A stretch of DNA of 64,000 bases from assembly GCF_009914755.1 (NCBI RefSeq), contig NC_060934.1; one strand, given 5' to 3'. The notes beneath the pieces were generated by a model. That model had not been told where the DNA came from. It was given only the letters and a program-made list of their open reading frames with translations, and made no database searches. Each line of letters opens with the position of its first letter. Position 1 is the first letter of the stretch. Shown piece by piece: positions 1-15,079 of the stretch. Source of the DNA: the human T2T-CHM13v2.0 reference genome, Homo sapiens. A program made the position numbers and the translations under genes.

Positions 1-2324
1 GAATTTACCACCATTAACTTCTAAACCATATGGAATTTGTACATGTGATTTGACTTTGTGAGCAAAAATTCTATGGATGTCTTGAAATTTGTGCCTAGTA
101 TAAAACTTATTTTCAGTAGAGATAATATTTCTGCACTCAGGCAGCTATGTAACTTTCACTGTTATTGCTGGTCGGGCTTTCCAGACATGATGATAACCTC
201 CTAGGTTCTCTGGAAGAGGGACATATTCTTCAGGATGACATTATAATATTTTGTTAGGTAAAATCTTTTATCTATCTAAATTGATAGTTCCTAATGTCTT
301 GAGTAACAAGACTAGTACTTTTTATTTTTGTTAGCTCTGTGAGTTAATGTGACCAATGCCTGAGGTTGAGTAATCAGGCCAGTATCAGACTGGTCTTTGC
401 CAGAACTTTTTGCCTAATACGTTTCTCTATTGTTTTCTACAGGTCACAGGATGTTAACACGGGTTCTAGAATGCAATTTTTAAAAATGTTTTGTGAATGA
501 CTAGCAACATGGTAATTTAATTTTCAAATATAATTTACAAGTGAAATGTGTAGGACTCCAACAAGGCACAATGACCTAGATCCTGAGTATGATTCCATCG
601 GAAGAAGCAAATACTGAGTTGAACAAGCTCACTCATGTCTGCTTACACCAGTCACTTTTGAATGCTCAATGGCAGGCAGGGGGAATGACCTGTGTTTGGC
701 AGATGTCCACTCAGTATGACCCTGGATTGGACATATAGTTACCTTGGGTCAGGCCAGCCATGTGTTGTTGGACTATTCCTTGGAGATACACTCTTAGTGA
801 CTGTCAAAGTTCCTGAGTCATTAGGTGCCTGCAGACTATGCCCACTGATATTTGCATTAGGTGCAGGCTGCCTAGCTGTGCTGACACTGAGTGAAGCTGT
901 GAGGTTTCACAATGACATGGCAGCCAATTACATATGCTCAGATGTACCATGTATCAAGAGTTATTCACATAATCAATTAGGCAATATCATTCTACACACA
1001 GGCAGTAATAAAGGGAGTAAAAAACCACAACAATGACTCGGGAGACCAATGTGCCTCCAGAAGAGTCCAGTGGGTCCAGAAGCCCTTTAGATACTGGTCA
1101 GAGGTTCCTTTTGGGCAGAGATCACAGCAGCAGCCACCAGGTATGGAGAAGTCCTTAGAGTTCTCATGGACAAAGCTTCTGAAGGCATCTTGGACAAGAC
1201 CTTATCTTTGCTGGCTTCATGATCCTATGCAGATGGGTCCATTCTCATTTTCTCAGCCACCTTTCACTTCCTATCAGTTCGTTTCAGGTCTCTCATGATC
1301 CCAGGCAGCAGTAGTTGTTATCGTCTCAGTCCAATCATATATGTTTATCTCTTTGGGGATGAGGGGACAACTTCATTGTGGACTTAATTCTACTGGAGAT
1401 GAGTGACCCCATTTTAAGACATCAGGATCACAAATTATTATCGCATGTCATCAGGGCAGACAATAGCTACAACCTGGAGCTGAAAGCAGATAACTCCATT
1501 TATTCTAGAAACATTCTGTCTTGATTATGGTGCCAGTTACTGTGAGGGACTTCCTTTTCTCCACCTATTTTTTACAAGGTTTGAGTCTGAACTGCTAATA
1601 TTCTACTGATTTATGGATGAAGGGACTGACTGCACCATTCCAGCCTGTCACAGCACTTGCACCAATACTTCCACTTTAAGAGTTTTCCACCTTGTCCAGA
1701 ACTACAGTCCATTAATCCCCTCATTTTCTCTCTTAAGAGAATAAACAACACATCTCATGTACATACCCACACCCCTCTTCTCCCAAATACCAAATACACA
1801 AAAATCCAATCTCTCTCCTACCTAAGCAATTTTAGATAGTCACTTTCTCTTAATTACTTTAAGCTCCCTGACTCAATGCTTGTCTTTTCTCTGGCAAAAT
1901 CTCATCCCTGGATGAGCACCACTTTGTGTTGGCTCAATGACACCACTCAGCTGAACCAGAAAAATATCAAAAAGTGGTCAGAGGTGTCATCATAAATTCA
2001 AATTACTTACATAACAAATTGGCCCTAAATATTTCCAAAAATCAATAAAAGTTTTGTTTCTCCAATGACATCATTTCTTCAGAAACCCAACATGTATAAC
2101 CAATCTTTTCTATGTTCCTCTAACTTTTATTCTACTTCTTTCACCTGAATATCTTGCCATATCATTCAAGGAGAAAATATATCCCATTAGGCAAGAGCCG
2201 ATCATCTTCCCATCACCTAAGAAACTAATATGCACAGGATGCAACCACCTCATCTTTCTCTGACTCATCATATCAGAAAAAGTACCTTTCCTTTTCTCAC
2301 AAGGCAAATCTGAGATAAAAGGTT

Positions 2325-2597
2325 TAGATGGCCTATAATTCTAGCACCTGGGGAGACCAATGCAGGCAGACTACTTCAGCCCACGATTTTGAAACAAGCC
2401 TAAGCACCTTAGGGAAACCCATCTCTAAAACAAATACAAACAAATAAGTAGCTGAGCATGGTCGTGTGGTGGCACATGCCTGTAGTCCCAGCCACTCAGG
2501 GTGGGGAGCACTGAGGTGGGAGGATCACCTGAGCCTGGAAGGTTGAGGCTGTAGTGAGCCGTGATCACACCACCACACTCCAGGTGGGGCAACAGAT
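2325..2597 (+). mobile_element. Old diverged Alu (AluJ-like)
   Basis: cacatgcctgtagtcccagc...gaggtgggaggatcacctgagcctggaaggttgaggctgtagtgagccgtgatcac; left arm degenerate; ends approximate. Confidence 0.8.
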
Positions 2598-2617
2598 ATT
2601 TTTAAAAGGATCTTCTC

Positions 2618-2994
2618 TGTTAAAAATGATCAAATAAACAGATGGCTATGAGGCTGAGGTGGCTCCAGTATGCTCAGTTCCTCCTTCAACAAACCAAAAC
2701 TTGACTCAATTAAATAATAAAAGGAAACTTAAGCTTAACCAATCAAGCCACCAACTATCATCTAACCAGAGACTTTCCACCGTAATGTTCCAAATGAGGC
2801 CACTGCTGCACTTTCCCCAATCAAGTATTTTCTTTTTCTTTCATATTCACCATATAAAAGCCTTCCCCCACCCTCCCTAAGCCTCTCTGTTGGAGCTCTG
2901 GGATGTTTGCAGTCTCAGGCTGCTTGGTTTATACATTTCCGAATGCTCAAATATACTTCCTAATGTTTCAAAGAGCCTAATTGTATCTTTTAAC
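2618..2994 (+). mobile_element. Solo ERV LTR, family not assigned
   Basis: Inverted termini tgttaaaa...ttttaaca, internal ccaatc motifs and tataaaag; about 380 bp. Confidence 0.55.
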
Positions 2995-3069
2995 AGCTCT
3001 CATGGTTATGTCATTGTTTCTGGATTTTCAAGTTCTACCTCCTTCATGGGACTGATTCTCAGTATGTGA

Positions 3070-3850
3070 ACACGTTCTCTTCTACCATTCTAAAGACTCT
3101 CCTAATATGGGCAGTTTCTTACAAAACTATAACACACTCTTACTATGTGATCCAGCAGTTGCACTCCCTAGGTCTTTATCCAAATGACCAGAAAGCTTAT
3201 GTCTACACGAAAACCTGCACACAGATGTTTATAGCAGCTATTAAAATAGCTGCCAAAAGTTAGGAGGAACCAAGATGTCCTTAAGTAGCTTAATGATAAA
3301 TACAAATGTGATATATTTAGAAAATGAAGTATTAATCACCTCTGAAAAGAAATGAGCTATTACTAACTGTGTATTACACACTAAATGCATATTACTAATT
3401 GAAAGAAGCCAATCTGGAAAGTTATCTACGCTATGATTCCAAGTATATAACATTCAGAAAAATGCAAAACTATGGAGAATGAAAAGATTGGTGGTTTCCA
3501 ATGGTTAGGAAAAGAAAGGATAAATAGAGCACAAGATTATTACAGTAATGAAAATACACTGCAGGATATCATAACAGCTATAATGATACATTCATTATAC
3601 ATTTCATTCTCATTATACATTTCTCCAAACCCTTAGAATGTGTGCCACCAAGAGTATTGCTCTGGGTGATGATGATGTGTCAATGTAAGTTCACTGACTA
3701 TAATAAATATTCTACTCTGGTGTAGGAGGTCATTGGTGGAGCGACCCAAGAGTGTACAGGAATCGAGGGCATATGGGAACTCTGGACTCTGCACTCCATT
3801 TTGCTGTACACTCAAATCTACTCTAAAATAATAATGTATCTTTAAAAATC
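3070..3850 (+). mobile_element. Old L1 (L1MB/MC-like) 3' region
   Basis: Typical L1M 3' motifs: gatccagcagttgcactcccta, aaaacctgcacacagatgtttatagcagc, ggaactctggactctgcactccattttgctg; ends approximate. Confidence 0.7.
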
Positions 3851-4830
3851 TATTACTATCACATAGCCCTTTTCAAGTCTCCAACTGGTCTGAGCCAGTT
3901 CTATTAAATCTCAGAAAACACTGGTTAATAAGCTAGTTCTGACCCAACTGGCAAGAAGAGGCAGAAAAGACCCAGGCCAGGGGAGCATATTGCACATGCA
4001 TGCACCAGGAAACTGGAGGAAGCTTGGAGGCTCTTTAGCCTAGTCCTGAGCCTGCTGAAACTGCAGTTACAGGCACAGGTGCCTGGGGCACCAATCTGAA
4101 TCTGCCAACATCCAAGGCCACATGAACACAAATGCGCAGAGTCTCCTCCGCAATTGGTAGCTAAGGATGTTAGGCCATGATTGGACTACCATGGGAGATG
4201 ATCTGGGGACAATAGATTCTGTAGACTTTTGTTGTCTCTTCCCTGCCCCAAGCATTTCACTCTTTACTCTTGCCACAGGCAGCAGGGAAGCTCCCTATGT
4301 ACATCATCCCCACAGCCTATAGCTTTGTCACACCCTCAGTCTCATACCCTCCTATGGCACAGTCAGTCAGGACATCCAACCCTCAAACTCAAGGGTGCAA
4401 ACACGGCCAAGATAATGGGGTGAGCAGAACCCTCACCTTTGATCTGCAGACAAATGCCCCCTACCTTCTGGGCCTCTACCAGCAACGGGAGGCTCTGGAA
4501 ATTTCCAGACACACACCAGTGTTCTGAACTGTAGGCTGCTGCCCCATCCTATGGCAGAGTAGACATTTTCTCCACCAGATTGCCCTGTTATCCAGTTGAA
4601 TGAAATGTCTTTTTAACATAGAAACAGGGCACAGAAACTAGTGTTCTTTGGCCCTGAACCCCATCACACTGTCTGCAGGTATACACCCATCCTTAGCAAA
4701 TACCACAGATTTGAGGACTCAGTCCCTGGAGTGTGGTCATTGGCTCTGCTTTCAGAAAACATCAAGGTACTTTTGGCAACTCTGCAGATTTCATGAAGAA
4801 AAGCAAAAACATAAACAAAACCAAGTGATG

Positions 4831-4831
<1 letters not shown>

Positions 4832-4860
<29 letters not shown>
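4832..4860. repeat. (CA)n microsatellite
   Basis: Direct reading. Confidence 0.95.
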
Positions 4861-4863
<3 letters not shown>

Positions 4864-5026
4864 CAAAGTGACAGGATGTCCCTCCAGGACATTTGCAGAG
4901 AGGGGAGCAGAAAACATCCCAGGGGCCTTTCACAGCTACTTCCTTGAGCCCATTTTCAGACAGTGCTGTCTAGACCTGTCTCAGCCCAAGCACCGCCACC
5001 CTGATATGCAGGAGCTGGCTTCCCTA

Positions 5027-5360
<334 letters not shown>

Positions 5361-6269
5361 AAACCATCTCTTCTACTTAACATTAACAAGAATGTCCTCA
5401 AGCAGTGTCCTCATTGGCAGGGGTGGAGTGGGGGAGTTTCTTAAAAAGTGAGGTCTCTGCCCACCACCTAGAGAACCTGGAAATGTCCATCAATGCCACA
5501 AAGTCCAAATCAATGGATAGTGCTCCAATGTATGGCAGATTAGACCATCTCTCCATTAGATCTGGGTTTCTATTCCATTAAATGAAATGGCTTTTCTATT
5601 ACAGGGTCAGGATAAGGGATCAAAAGGGTCTTACAACTGAACTCCAGTGTACAGTCTGCACAGACACTAGGCTTGTGCAAATATGCCACGGCGAGGCCCC
5701 AGGACCCTTGAGCCAGCTGAATGCACTGAGTTTCAGGAAACAATGAGATACATTCAGCAAAAAAGTGGGCTTCATGCTGAAAGAAATCAAGCCAAGAACA
5801 CACACATCACTCTGACACACACACACAAAGACACACACACACATGCAAACACATATGCAGACACCCTAGTGGCCAATAGGTCCTTTCACCAGGAACCTGC
5901 AGACAGGAGAGCAGAAAGCCTCCCAGGGTTCCATCACTGCACTTTCTGGAGCCCCTTATCAGACGGCCAGCCCCAGGACAGCACTGTTTTATCCTGGTCC
6001 AGCCCAAACTGCAATCTCCCTCTGATGTGGGAGCTGGCCTCCTCACCAGAACCTCTCTGTCAGACAAATTTCTTTTTAAAATGGTGAGAGAGAACCTTCA
6101 GACAGTGTTCTGATCAGGGTGGGTGGAGAGGGGGGCTTCCTAGGAAGTCAGGCAGGGCAGGGCTGAAGCCCTCTGGGTTAGCTGTGGGCTTTTGATATAA
6201 AGGCAGATAAGACTGGACAGCTGGGGGGTTAGTGAGGGGATGGACTGGGGTGTGCTGAAGAACTCCAGT

Positions 6270-6760
6270 TGGGAGTGTTCTGTTGCTATAACTGAGTTCC
6301 TGAACCTAGGTAACTCATAAAGAACAGAAATTTATTCTCTCACAGTTCTGCAGGCTGGGAAGTCTGAAATCAAGAGGCCTCTGGAGAGGGCATTCCTACT
6401 ACATCCTCACATGGAGGCAGGTGAAAGGGAGAGAGGATGGATGTGATGTGCTCACATGACAGAAGAGTGACAAAAAGTAAACTGATTCCTTCAAGCTCTT
6501 TTTATACTTATATAAGATGTAACTATTTTGTATGTATATAAAAAGTAACATCCCCCTCATCTACTACAGGGTAGTAGATACCACCCACATATGGGAAATG
6601 CAGAATAGATAAATAATTTATTCTCTCCTTTATCAGTTTTCCAAATAACATGTAGCTTTTTTACCTAAACACCTCCATTAGGCTGCAGCTCCCAACACTA
6701 CTGTCTTAGGGATTAGAGTTCTGAGAGATACATTTTGAGGGATACATTAAGACCATAGCA
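6270..6760 (-). mobile_element. MaLR LTR (MLT1/MST-like) interrupted by an L1-like insert
   Basis: ttgctataactgag...aacagaaatttattctctcacagttctgcaggctgggaagtc...gaccatagca. Confidence 0.65.
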
Positions 6761-6762
6761 AT

Positions 6763-7211
6763 TGTAAAACCAAAGAGTATCCCAGCCAGGTCTCAATCAA
6801 TGTAGTAGTTTATTTTGCCAAGGTTAAGAACATGCCCAGAAGAAATAAATACAGAATCACAGACACAGTCTGTGGTCTCTGATTTTCTCCAAAGATGATT
6901 TTGAGGGCTTCAATATTTAAAAAGGAAAAGTGACCTAGAGAGGAAATAGGAAATGTGTGGTGATCCTCACGTTGCAAGAGAAAAGGAGCAGGTAGGGAAA
7001 TAGTCAATTATGTACTGATCTTATGCTCAATAAATCAGCACTTAATTAGAAAAGATGAACGGGGTAGCTACCTGTGGAAATGTTTAAACTTTTATCTGTA
7101 ACTGCTTACAAAGGCAAGGAAAGGTGGCTTCTTGCATGACTCAGCTTTCAGGTTACCTTTTTTTCTTTTGGCATAGTAAATTGGGTCCCCAGTTTTTATT
7201 GTCCTTTCATA
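6763..7211 (-). mobile_element. MER4-family ERV1 solo LTR
   Basis: Reverse strand starts tatgaaaggacaataaaaactggggacccaatttactatgccaaaag; 4-bp TSD CAAT at 6759-6762 and 7212-7215. Confidence 0.75.
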
Positions 7212-8984
7212 CAATGATCAATCCCTAGATCTATTATTTCACTAGGAGTTGCAAAATAGTAATATTCTAATGCTATCATTACACCTTCATTTATTAGCTG
7301 AAATACTTACATAAAAAGTAACTTCCCCTTGATCTGTTAGTTATCCAGTGACATCACCCACACAGGAAATGCAGAATAGATGAATTATTCCCTTATCAGC
7401 TTTCCAAATAATAAATTGGATCACTCGCAGCCTTTTTCTTGCTTGTAAACTTATTTATTATAATTACAAATCCATGCACTTATTGCTGTTACTATACCAA
7501 TTGAAGTTCCAATTGTCCTGTTTTTGGACAGTAGGAGCATCATGTCATCTCCTAGGCCCTCTGATATACCCTAGTTATGTTTCATAGCATCCTTATTTGA
7601 TGATATGTCAGATTGATCCAGAATCATCTCATACATCTTCTGTCCAGACCTAAATTCAGGTATTTCTCCAAGGAACTCTGATCTCTTTTTATAAAAAAAT
7701 TGTTATTTCCAGAATACAGCCTGGATATGAGAAATGCTGCCTTACTAAGTTGGTCCTTGATTCGTGCCTTTTTCTGTGAATACATACAGGAGTGCTCCTT
7801 CCTTCTGGGTTCTCTTTTTTTTGAGAGTTAAAACATATCATGACATGAATCAAGTTAAATTATGCCTCTGAGTTTCAGTTTCCTTTTCAGACTATTTATT
7901 TTGATGATTACATGAGTTAGTACACAGAAAATGTACAGCAGTTTTTGTGATATACTTTAGGTGATCAGTAAATTCTCAGTGCAAAATGTGCAAAGGGTGA
8001 AGGGGGGAACTCCCATCAGTCCTACCTAACTGGATAGCAAGCTCCTTAAAGCCAGGATCGTAGTTCTAAACCTCTGTGTATCCACCATAACTCCTAGCAC
8101 AATGCTTTGCATCAATCATGAGCTCAAGAAATTATTACTGATGACCAATAACCATCATATTAGCTGCATGAAAGTGCAATAACATATGCACTTTCAAACC
8201 AAATAACAAGAAGAAAATCTATAAATAGCAACCTGTATCAAATATTTCTGTGTATTGTTGTAGGTCTGTGAAACCACAACACACTGATATATTGAAAGAC
8301 ATGGACTAAATCCAGTCCTAAAGCAATTCGAAATTTCCACAATATAATTTAAATTCATTAAATTTTCAGATTTCTGAATTCATTCAAGTTCTAAAGTTAT
8401 CATTCTGGGACAGTTCAATGTCTTTAAGCTTTTAATCTTCTCCATTCTAATTTCCTGCTATAAAATCAATAAAGTGTAGGTTGTAAAGAAAAAACAATCA
8501 TGAATCCATGATGACTTGTCCTATCCAAATTGAGGACTATAAAGTAGTTGTTTATTACTTTGTAACTTCTATCTGTATCCCCTTTCTCCTATACTAAGAA
8601 TCCTAGGTCCTCAATGACACCAGGAATGACAGAATTAAAGTATTATTTCTCCTCATCTCCTTCATCCTATAATACCGATCTACAAATTGAAGATGAACAA
8701 TGCCAACAACAAACAGTTTTAGGGTCCTTGTTTGGCAATTCATTTTTTTCCTTAAGATGTATTTCCTTTTGGTTGTACAAATTGCAATGCTTTAAAGCGT
8801 CTTGAAACAGTTATTTTTGGTATGTTTAGAACCCTCAACTAGTGTTTTAAGACATATTTATGTTTAGGTATTTTATATTCATTTTTTATTTACTGTACTT
8901 TCATTTATTAAGATTTTATTATGAATAATATTAATATTGGCTGGATATGGTGGAATGATTCATTCAGATTGGTTGGGACTTTGG

Positions 8985-9018
8985 GTGCTCACTTCAGCAG
9001 CACATATACTAAAACTGG
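8985..9018 (+). pseudogene. 3'-truncated (tailless) U6 snRNA retropseudogene
   Basis: gtgctcacttcagcagcacatatactaaaactgg matches U6 nt 1-34 with 3 mismatches; flanked by direct repeat tggttgggactt. Confidence 0.9.
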
Positions 9019-9243
9019 TTGGGACTTGGGCCATACCAGTGTTTAAGTATTTCTCTATCCCCCTGCCTTGATGGATCCTGCCCTGCCATGAAAAATTGAC
9101 TAAAGTAAGTTTAATTCATTAAAATGTGATTTTAATATGCCTACTTCTCTTGAAAGACATTTGCCAAGGTTCTAAACTGAATTCTGGATAAAAACAGGTA
9201 ATGAATTCTATTATCTGTTTAAGGAATGAATTCCTTGCATTCA

Positions 9244-9589
<346 letters not shown>

Positions 9590-9620
9590 GATGAAGTATG
9601 CAGAGAAGAAAGAGCTTTCA

Positions 9621-9812
<192 letters not shown>

Positions 9813-9885
9813 CTAGAAATGAAACACAAATGTGCATTTATAAATAAAGACATTTAAATTACTACCAAAAATTTATACTACTTTA

Positions 9886-10275
<390 letters not shown>

Positions 10276-10299
10276 AAAACCTTAAAAAGACAATGTTTC

Positions 10300-10489
10300 T
10301 GTTAATGTTGATGCTTTATTTCTACATTTCTGAAGTGAATATTTTATAGACAAAATTCTATGGCTGAAAAATAATGAAACTGTTTGCTATCACAGCATGC
10401 TAAGATGAAAGTAAGTTTAAATATGTTCTAAAATATAGGCTATATTGTTAAGTGGAAAGAAAAAATGCAAAACACAGAGCGAGAATGTG

Positions 10490-10526
<37 letters not shown>

Positions 10527-10839
10527 GTGGTATAAGCTACACTTCATATAATGAGAAGGGGATATTAAAAATTATACATGTTATCTGCACATTTGTGCAT
10601 AAGATATCTAAAAAGGATAAAAAGGAACCTAATGAAATGGGAATCTAATAAAAGGAAATCTAATAATATGAGCATGCAGAAAGAGGTGGGGAAGAACATA
10701 ACTAGCCTAAGTAACTTTGGAAAACTATTTTCATTGTTGAAAGCTAAAGACAAAAAAAAGTCCCACAAATACTATTTTCTAATTAGTAAATTTATTTCTC
10801 AACAAGCATACGGTTTCACAATTCTCAATCTACTATACA

Positions 10840-10874
<35 letters not shown>

Positions 10875-12700
10875 CAGGAACAAACAAACAAGTTAACATA
10901 TTTTGGAAAATAAAAGCCAATTTTCTCACTGTTAGAAGTTACAAAGAAGGAAAAGCTAGAATAAACTCAGTGGTGTTAGAGTGGAATCAAAGGCAACAGT
11001 AAGAACTCACAGTTTTTATAAGTAGGTAGGTAGGTACACAGTCAGATAGGTATAGACAAATGTCAATGCATGTGTGAGTACACCAACATAGAGTTCTTAG
11101 CTCTGTCAATGGAGAGATCCTAGAGTAAATGACATTCCAGTGCTAATGAGCACACCTAGTGCTCAGATCATGGTTTCTAGTACCATTCTCCAGTTAATGA
11201 TGAACCAGGGCTCCCTAGAAATAGGGTTAATTTCAGGGCTGAGGTCAGAGAAGATGCATGATAAGCCTGGAACACTTTGTGATGCCAAAAATAAGGAAGA
11301 ACTCAAAAATGATGAAGGCATATCAAAAGGAAACAGGTGCCAACCTGAAGGGGCTCTCAATGGCCAATGTTGAGTGTTGGGAGAAAAGCTGAGTGTTGGG
11401 AGAGAAGCTGAGGCAGGGCTTGGAACACGTCCAGGGTCTAGGATTAAAACCCCTCGTGGTCTTTGGAATGTGTCTAGACTTGCTGGCTCCTTGCTTCTAG
11501 CACTCCCTTTATCTCAAGTAGCCGTATGTTTCAAAGAAAATGCTAAACCGTCACAGCTGTAGCTCATTCACTTGATACACCGCTTCCTTTCAACCCCCAC
11601 ATCTTCACTGCCTGTTTCTTTGTTTGATCATCAATAAATAGTGTGGGATCCCAGAGCTCAGGGCCTTTGCAGCCTCCACACTAGCATTGGCTGCATGGTC
11701 CCACTTTCTCTTTTAACTTGTCTTTTCTCGTTCCTTTGACTCCGCCAGACTTAGTAGCCCCCATGGCCTGGTGTTGGGTCTGATCACTCCAACAGTTGAG
11801 ACAACCTGAAAATAAAATAAATAATATTAGCATTGGATCATAATCCAAAGAATACACTAAACAGCCATGAGTCCATAATAATATAAATAATTGAATAAAT
11901 AAGTGGTGTAGAAGCAACAGCTGTTTCCTACTAGAACATTCCAAATAAATGCAGAAGTAATGATGGAAAGAAATCATTAGGCAACCTCCACCGTAATAAC
12001 TGCTATAGGTAAAAATCTACTCATGGGTCCTAGGACTAATGGGGGAGAATACAATATCAAACAGGATATTTGTATATCTCTAAATGTCTCCCCGTATGAT
12101 ACATTTCAGCTAAAAAGGGAAAAATACTTGGCAGCCCCCACTGTACCAAGATTAACATCACCAGTAATGGCAACATCACGTACCATCTGATAAAATGCCC
12201 TGAGAAGTATGTAACATTACTTCTGTGACATTCCTGCCACATGAATCGTATTTATTTCATAGACTGTACCTTCATTTGGGTTTGTCTGATGTTGCCTCAT
12301 GATTAGATGGAAGGTTACTTCATGATGAAACATTCCACAAACCCAAATGGAAGTGCAGTCTACAAAATATTTACAAAATAAATATAATTCTTAAAAAGTA
12401 TCAAGGCCATGAATACAAAAGAAATAATGAGAAAATTATGCAAACTGGAGGAGGCTGACGAAAAATGAGAACTACATGCAATGAGGACAGAAAATGGGTA
12501 CTGGAGGGAGAATTCAGATGCGCTCTGAACATTAGTTGACTGTACTGACTCAGTATGAGTTTTTCACCTTTAATAATTGTTCTATGATTATGCTAAACAT
12601 TAACATTAGGGATAGGTGAAGGGTATGCAGAAATACTGTTAATATTATTTCAATTTTTCTGAAGTATATAATTATTTCAAATTGAAACGTTTTAAAATAA
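10300..12700 (+). mobile_element. Fragmented old L1 (L1MC/MD/ME-like) 3' sequence with (TA)n/(CA)n tracts
   Basis: A-rich L1M 3' UTR-like motifs, e.g. gagcacacctagtgctcagatc and taatgatggaaagaaatc; interrupted by LTR3; boundaries approximate. Confidence 0.5.
11375..11794 (+). mobile_element. LTR3-type solo LTR of HERV-K(HML-6)
   Basis: tgttgggagaaaagctgagtgttgggagagaagctgaggcaggg...gggtctgatcactccaaca; perfect 6-bp TSD GTTGAG (11369-11374, 11795-11800); aataaa near 11633. Confidence 0.88.
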
Positions 12701-13364
12701 AAATTGATTCTATTTCTTCTTATAACTAATACAGCTCTTAAAATGTTAGTACACTTATTAAAAATCCCATTGAGAATAAGGTCTAAGGATCAACAATGAC
12801 TGTCACCTTGGGATATTCATCCTACAGCCCCATGCCTAGAGGAACTAACCTTAGGATTCTGATGAGAAAACCATGCCTGAAGCCAAAATCCACCCCTTTT
12901 CTGCCTCCAATCCAAGGACAGAAATATACATGTACAGAATTCAAATAGCACACATAATTACAATCCTCATTTTATAAATAGTTTTGTCACTTGGAACAAA
13001 TGCTATTTCCATGAATATGTACATTTTACATATCATCAATCCATTTATGAAACAACAAAGAGGGTCATAGAGACATGTAAACAAACAAGAAGCTCAGAAC
13101 CCTGCTGAGGTATAATATAAAAACACCTGATTAAATAATCTGGAAGGAGGGTAAATGGTATGAAGAAATCAAAACAGGATGAATAGTTGAGCCACTCAAA
13201 GTTACAGGGAGCAAACTAAGTGGGAAAATAAATCGTTAACAGTTACAAAAACTGGAAATGTGCTTGTATATATGAGACAAATTGTCCATAAAATCAACTT
13301 GTTTATCTGACATTGGCTGGCAAGGATCTCCCTGTACTAGTAACACAGACATTCAACTAGATTA

Positions 13365-13540
13365 GGAGTCATCCAGCAACTTTTCCTGAAAATGGCAAAA
13401 CAGTAAACATGTTTGGAGCTGTGGTCCACATCATCTATTCCATATTCTACTCGACCTCTGCAGCATGAGAGCAGCCATAGACAACACATAAACAAGTAAA
13501 CAGGGTTACGTTTAAACAAAACTTTAAGTATAAAAGCAGT
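13365..13540 (+). mobile_element. hAT-Charlie MITE (MER58-like)
   Basis: caactttttcctgaaaatggcaaaacagtaaacatg...gcagccatagacaacacataaacaag resembles the MER58 consensus. Confidence 0.6.
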
Positions 13541-14512
13541 ACTGATAGGGTTTTTGCATATGTTACTTTAATTATGACTTTAATTGCTTAAAGTATTTCC
13601 TGGAAACACGAAGTTGTTAACAAGTGTTAGTTATTTTTGTTTGAGAGAATTTCAAGAGATTGAAATTATCAACAGAGGAATGTGAAAGTCGTTGGGCATT
13701 AAGCTAAGCCATAAAAACTTTACCCTGAAAATCGTGGGGGTGTCCTTGAATGCCCACGAGTTTAATTTCCATTTTCTGCCTGAGGTTTTAAGGAGTATGC
13801 AGGATTAGGAGGGTAAACACTCATAGCTCATTAGTCTAACAGTGAAGAAACCATGAGGGCCTAGAGTAATGGAAAGGCAATGAAGTGAAAAGACAGTTAA
13901 AATGTGTAATTTTCCAAATACAGAACTGAGATATTTAAAAGGATTGTATGTGGTGGTTGGGTGCCATTACAAAGGAGGTGGATGAATTTTAGGCGTCTAG
14001 ATTTGTGGTGCTGATGGTTGGGCAGGGGACAAGCACACAGGGAAACAAGGAAAAAAGATGTATTTAGGTTTAGGTAAAAATATCACATGCTCAGTATCCA
14101 ATTCCTGTTAAACACCTGGAGATGGGAGTCTGTGGTGCAAAGGGAGTTCGAGTTTAACTATACACGATTGGGTGATGCTGGCATGCAAGGAGAGATGAAG
14201 CCATGGATTTCATTAAGGACCCCAATCTGAATGTGGACCGCACACAAGAATCAGAACCAAAACCTGGACACAGCCAAGACTGCAGGTTTCTCTTCCCTTG
14301 CTCCAAATCCACTTTCAGAAGAATTAGAGAAGAATTGACTAAAGAATGTAAGTAAACTCCAGGAAACAGGGTTCCACAGAAGCTGGGGAAAGGTCAGTAC
14401 GTGGAAGAGAGAGATCAGTAGTACCTGCTCGCTACAAGGAGGCGCCTCCAAATGTCAATGCCTATTTTCAACAAGTGGGACCCAAAGTGATTCATGCCAG
14501 TGCTCTAAAATA

Positions 14513-14690
14513 CACCTGACCCTTGAACAATGTGGGGGATATGGATGCTAACCCCCCACAGTCAAAAATCCAAGTTTAACTCTCAACTCCCCCAAAGCAT
14601 AACTCCTAACGGCCTGCGGTTGACCGGAAGTCTTTGTCACTAATAATACAAAAAATTAAGACCTATTTTGCCTGTTATTCACATTACACA
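14513..14690. mobile_element. Tigger2/MER28-like terminal fragment
   Basis: ta-cacctgacccttgaacaatg TIR-like end; gtcaaaaatcc; gttgaccggaagtc. Confidence 0.65.
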
Positions 14691-14954
14691 CTGAATATGC
14701 TGCTCCCAGCGGAGGCCGAGACTCCTGCCCGGGCACCCCCTCACAGCCCCCACTCCAGCCTCCCCAGACTCACCCTCGGCGGGGCCACCTTCTTCTCATT
14801 TCAGTCTGGGGCCACATTCTCCGGGCCTGCGGGGCATGGCAGGAGGCAAAGCCAAAGGCGAAGTGGCCACAAATTCCGGTGGGGGCGCTGGCTCCTGCCC
14901 CACCCCAGCATCTATACCCTGATTCTGATAGGACGAGAAGGAACATTTCAGCCA

Positions 14955-15060
14955 GCCCTGATTGGGTCATATTATCCAATCAGAGTTGTTTTGCACAGTG
15001 GCTCTCATCCAATCCGAACATGCCTTACAGGATATCTAGTTAAATAAGTCATTATAAATA
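14955..15060 (+). promoter_or_regulatory. Pol II core promoter: three CCAAT boxes and a TATA box
   Basis: ATTGG 14961-14965, CCAAT 14976-14980 and 15009-15013, TATAAATA 15053-15060; GC-box-like ggcgggg near 14778. Confidence 0.7.
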
Positions 15061-15079
15061 GTTGCTCCGTGGGCTCACC

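Noticed and set aside
692-1036. 114-aa ORF and nearby acceptor-like site at 442
   Set aside because: Non-ATG start, no recognisable homology and no cyclin-Y-like sequence detected; may be decayed ERV sequence
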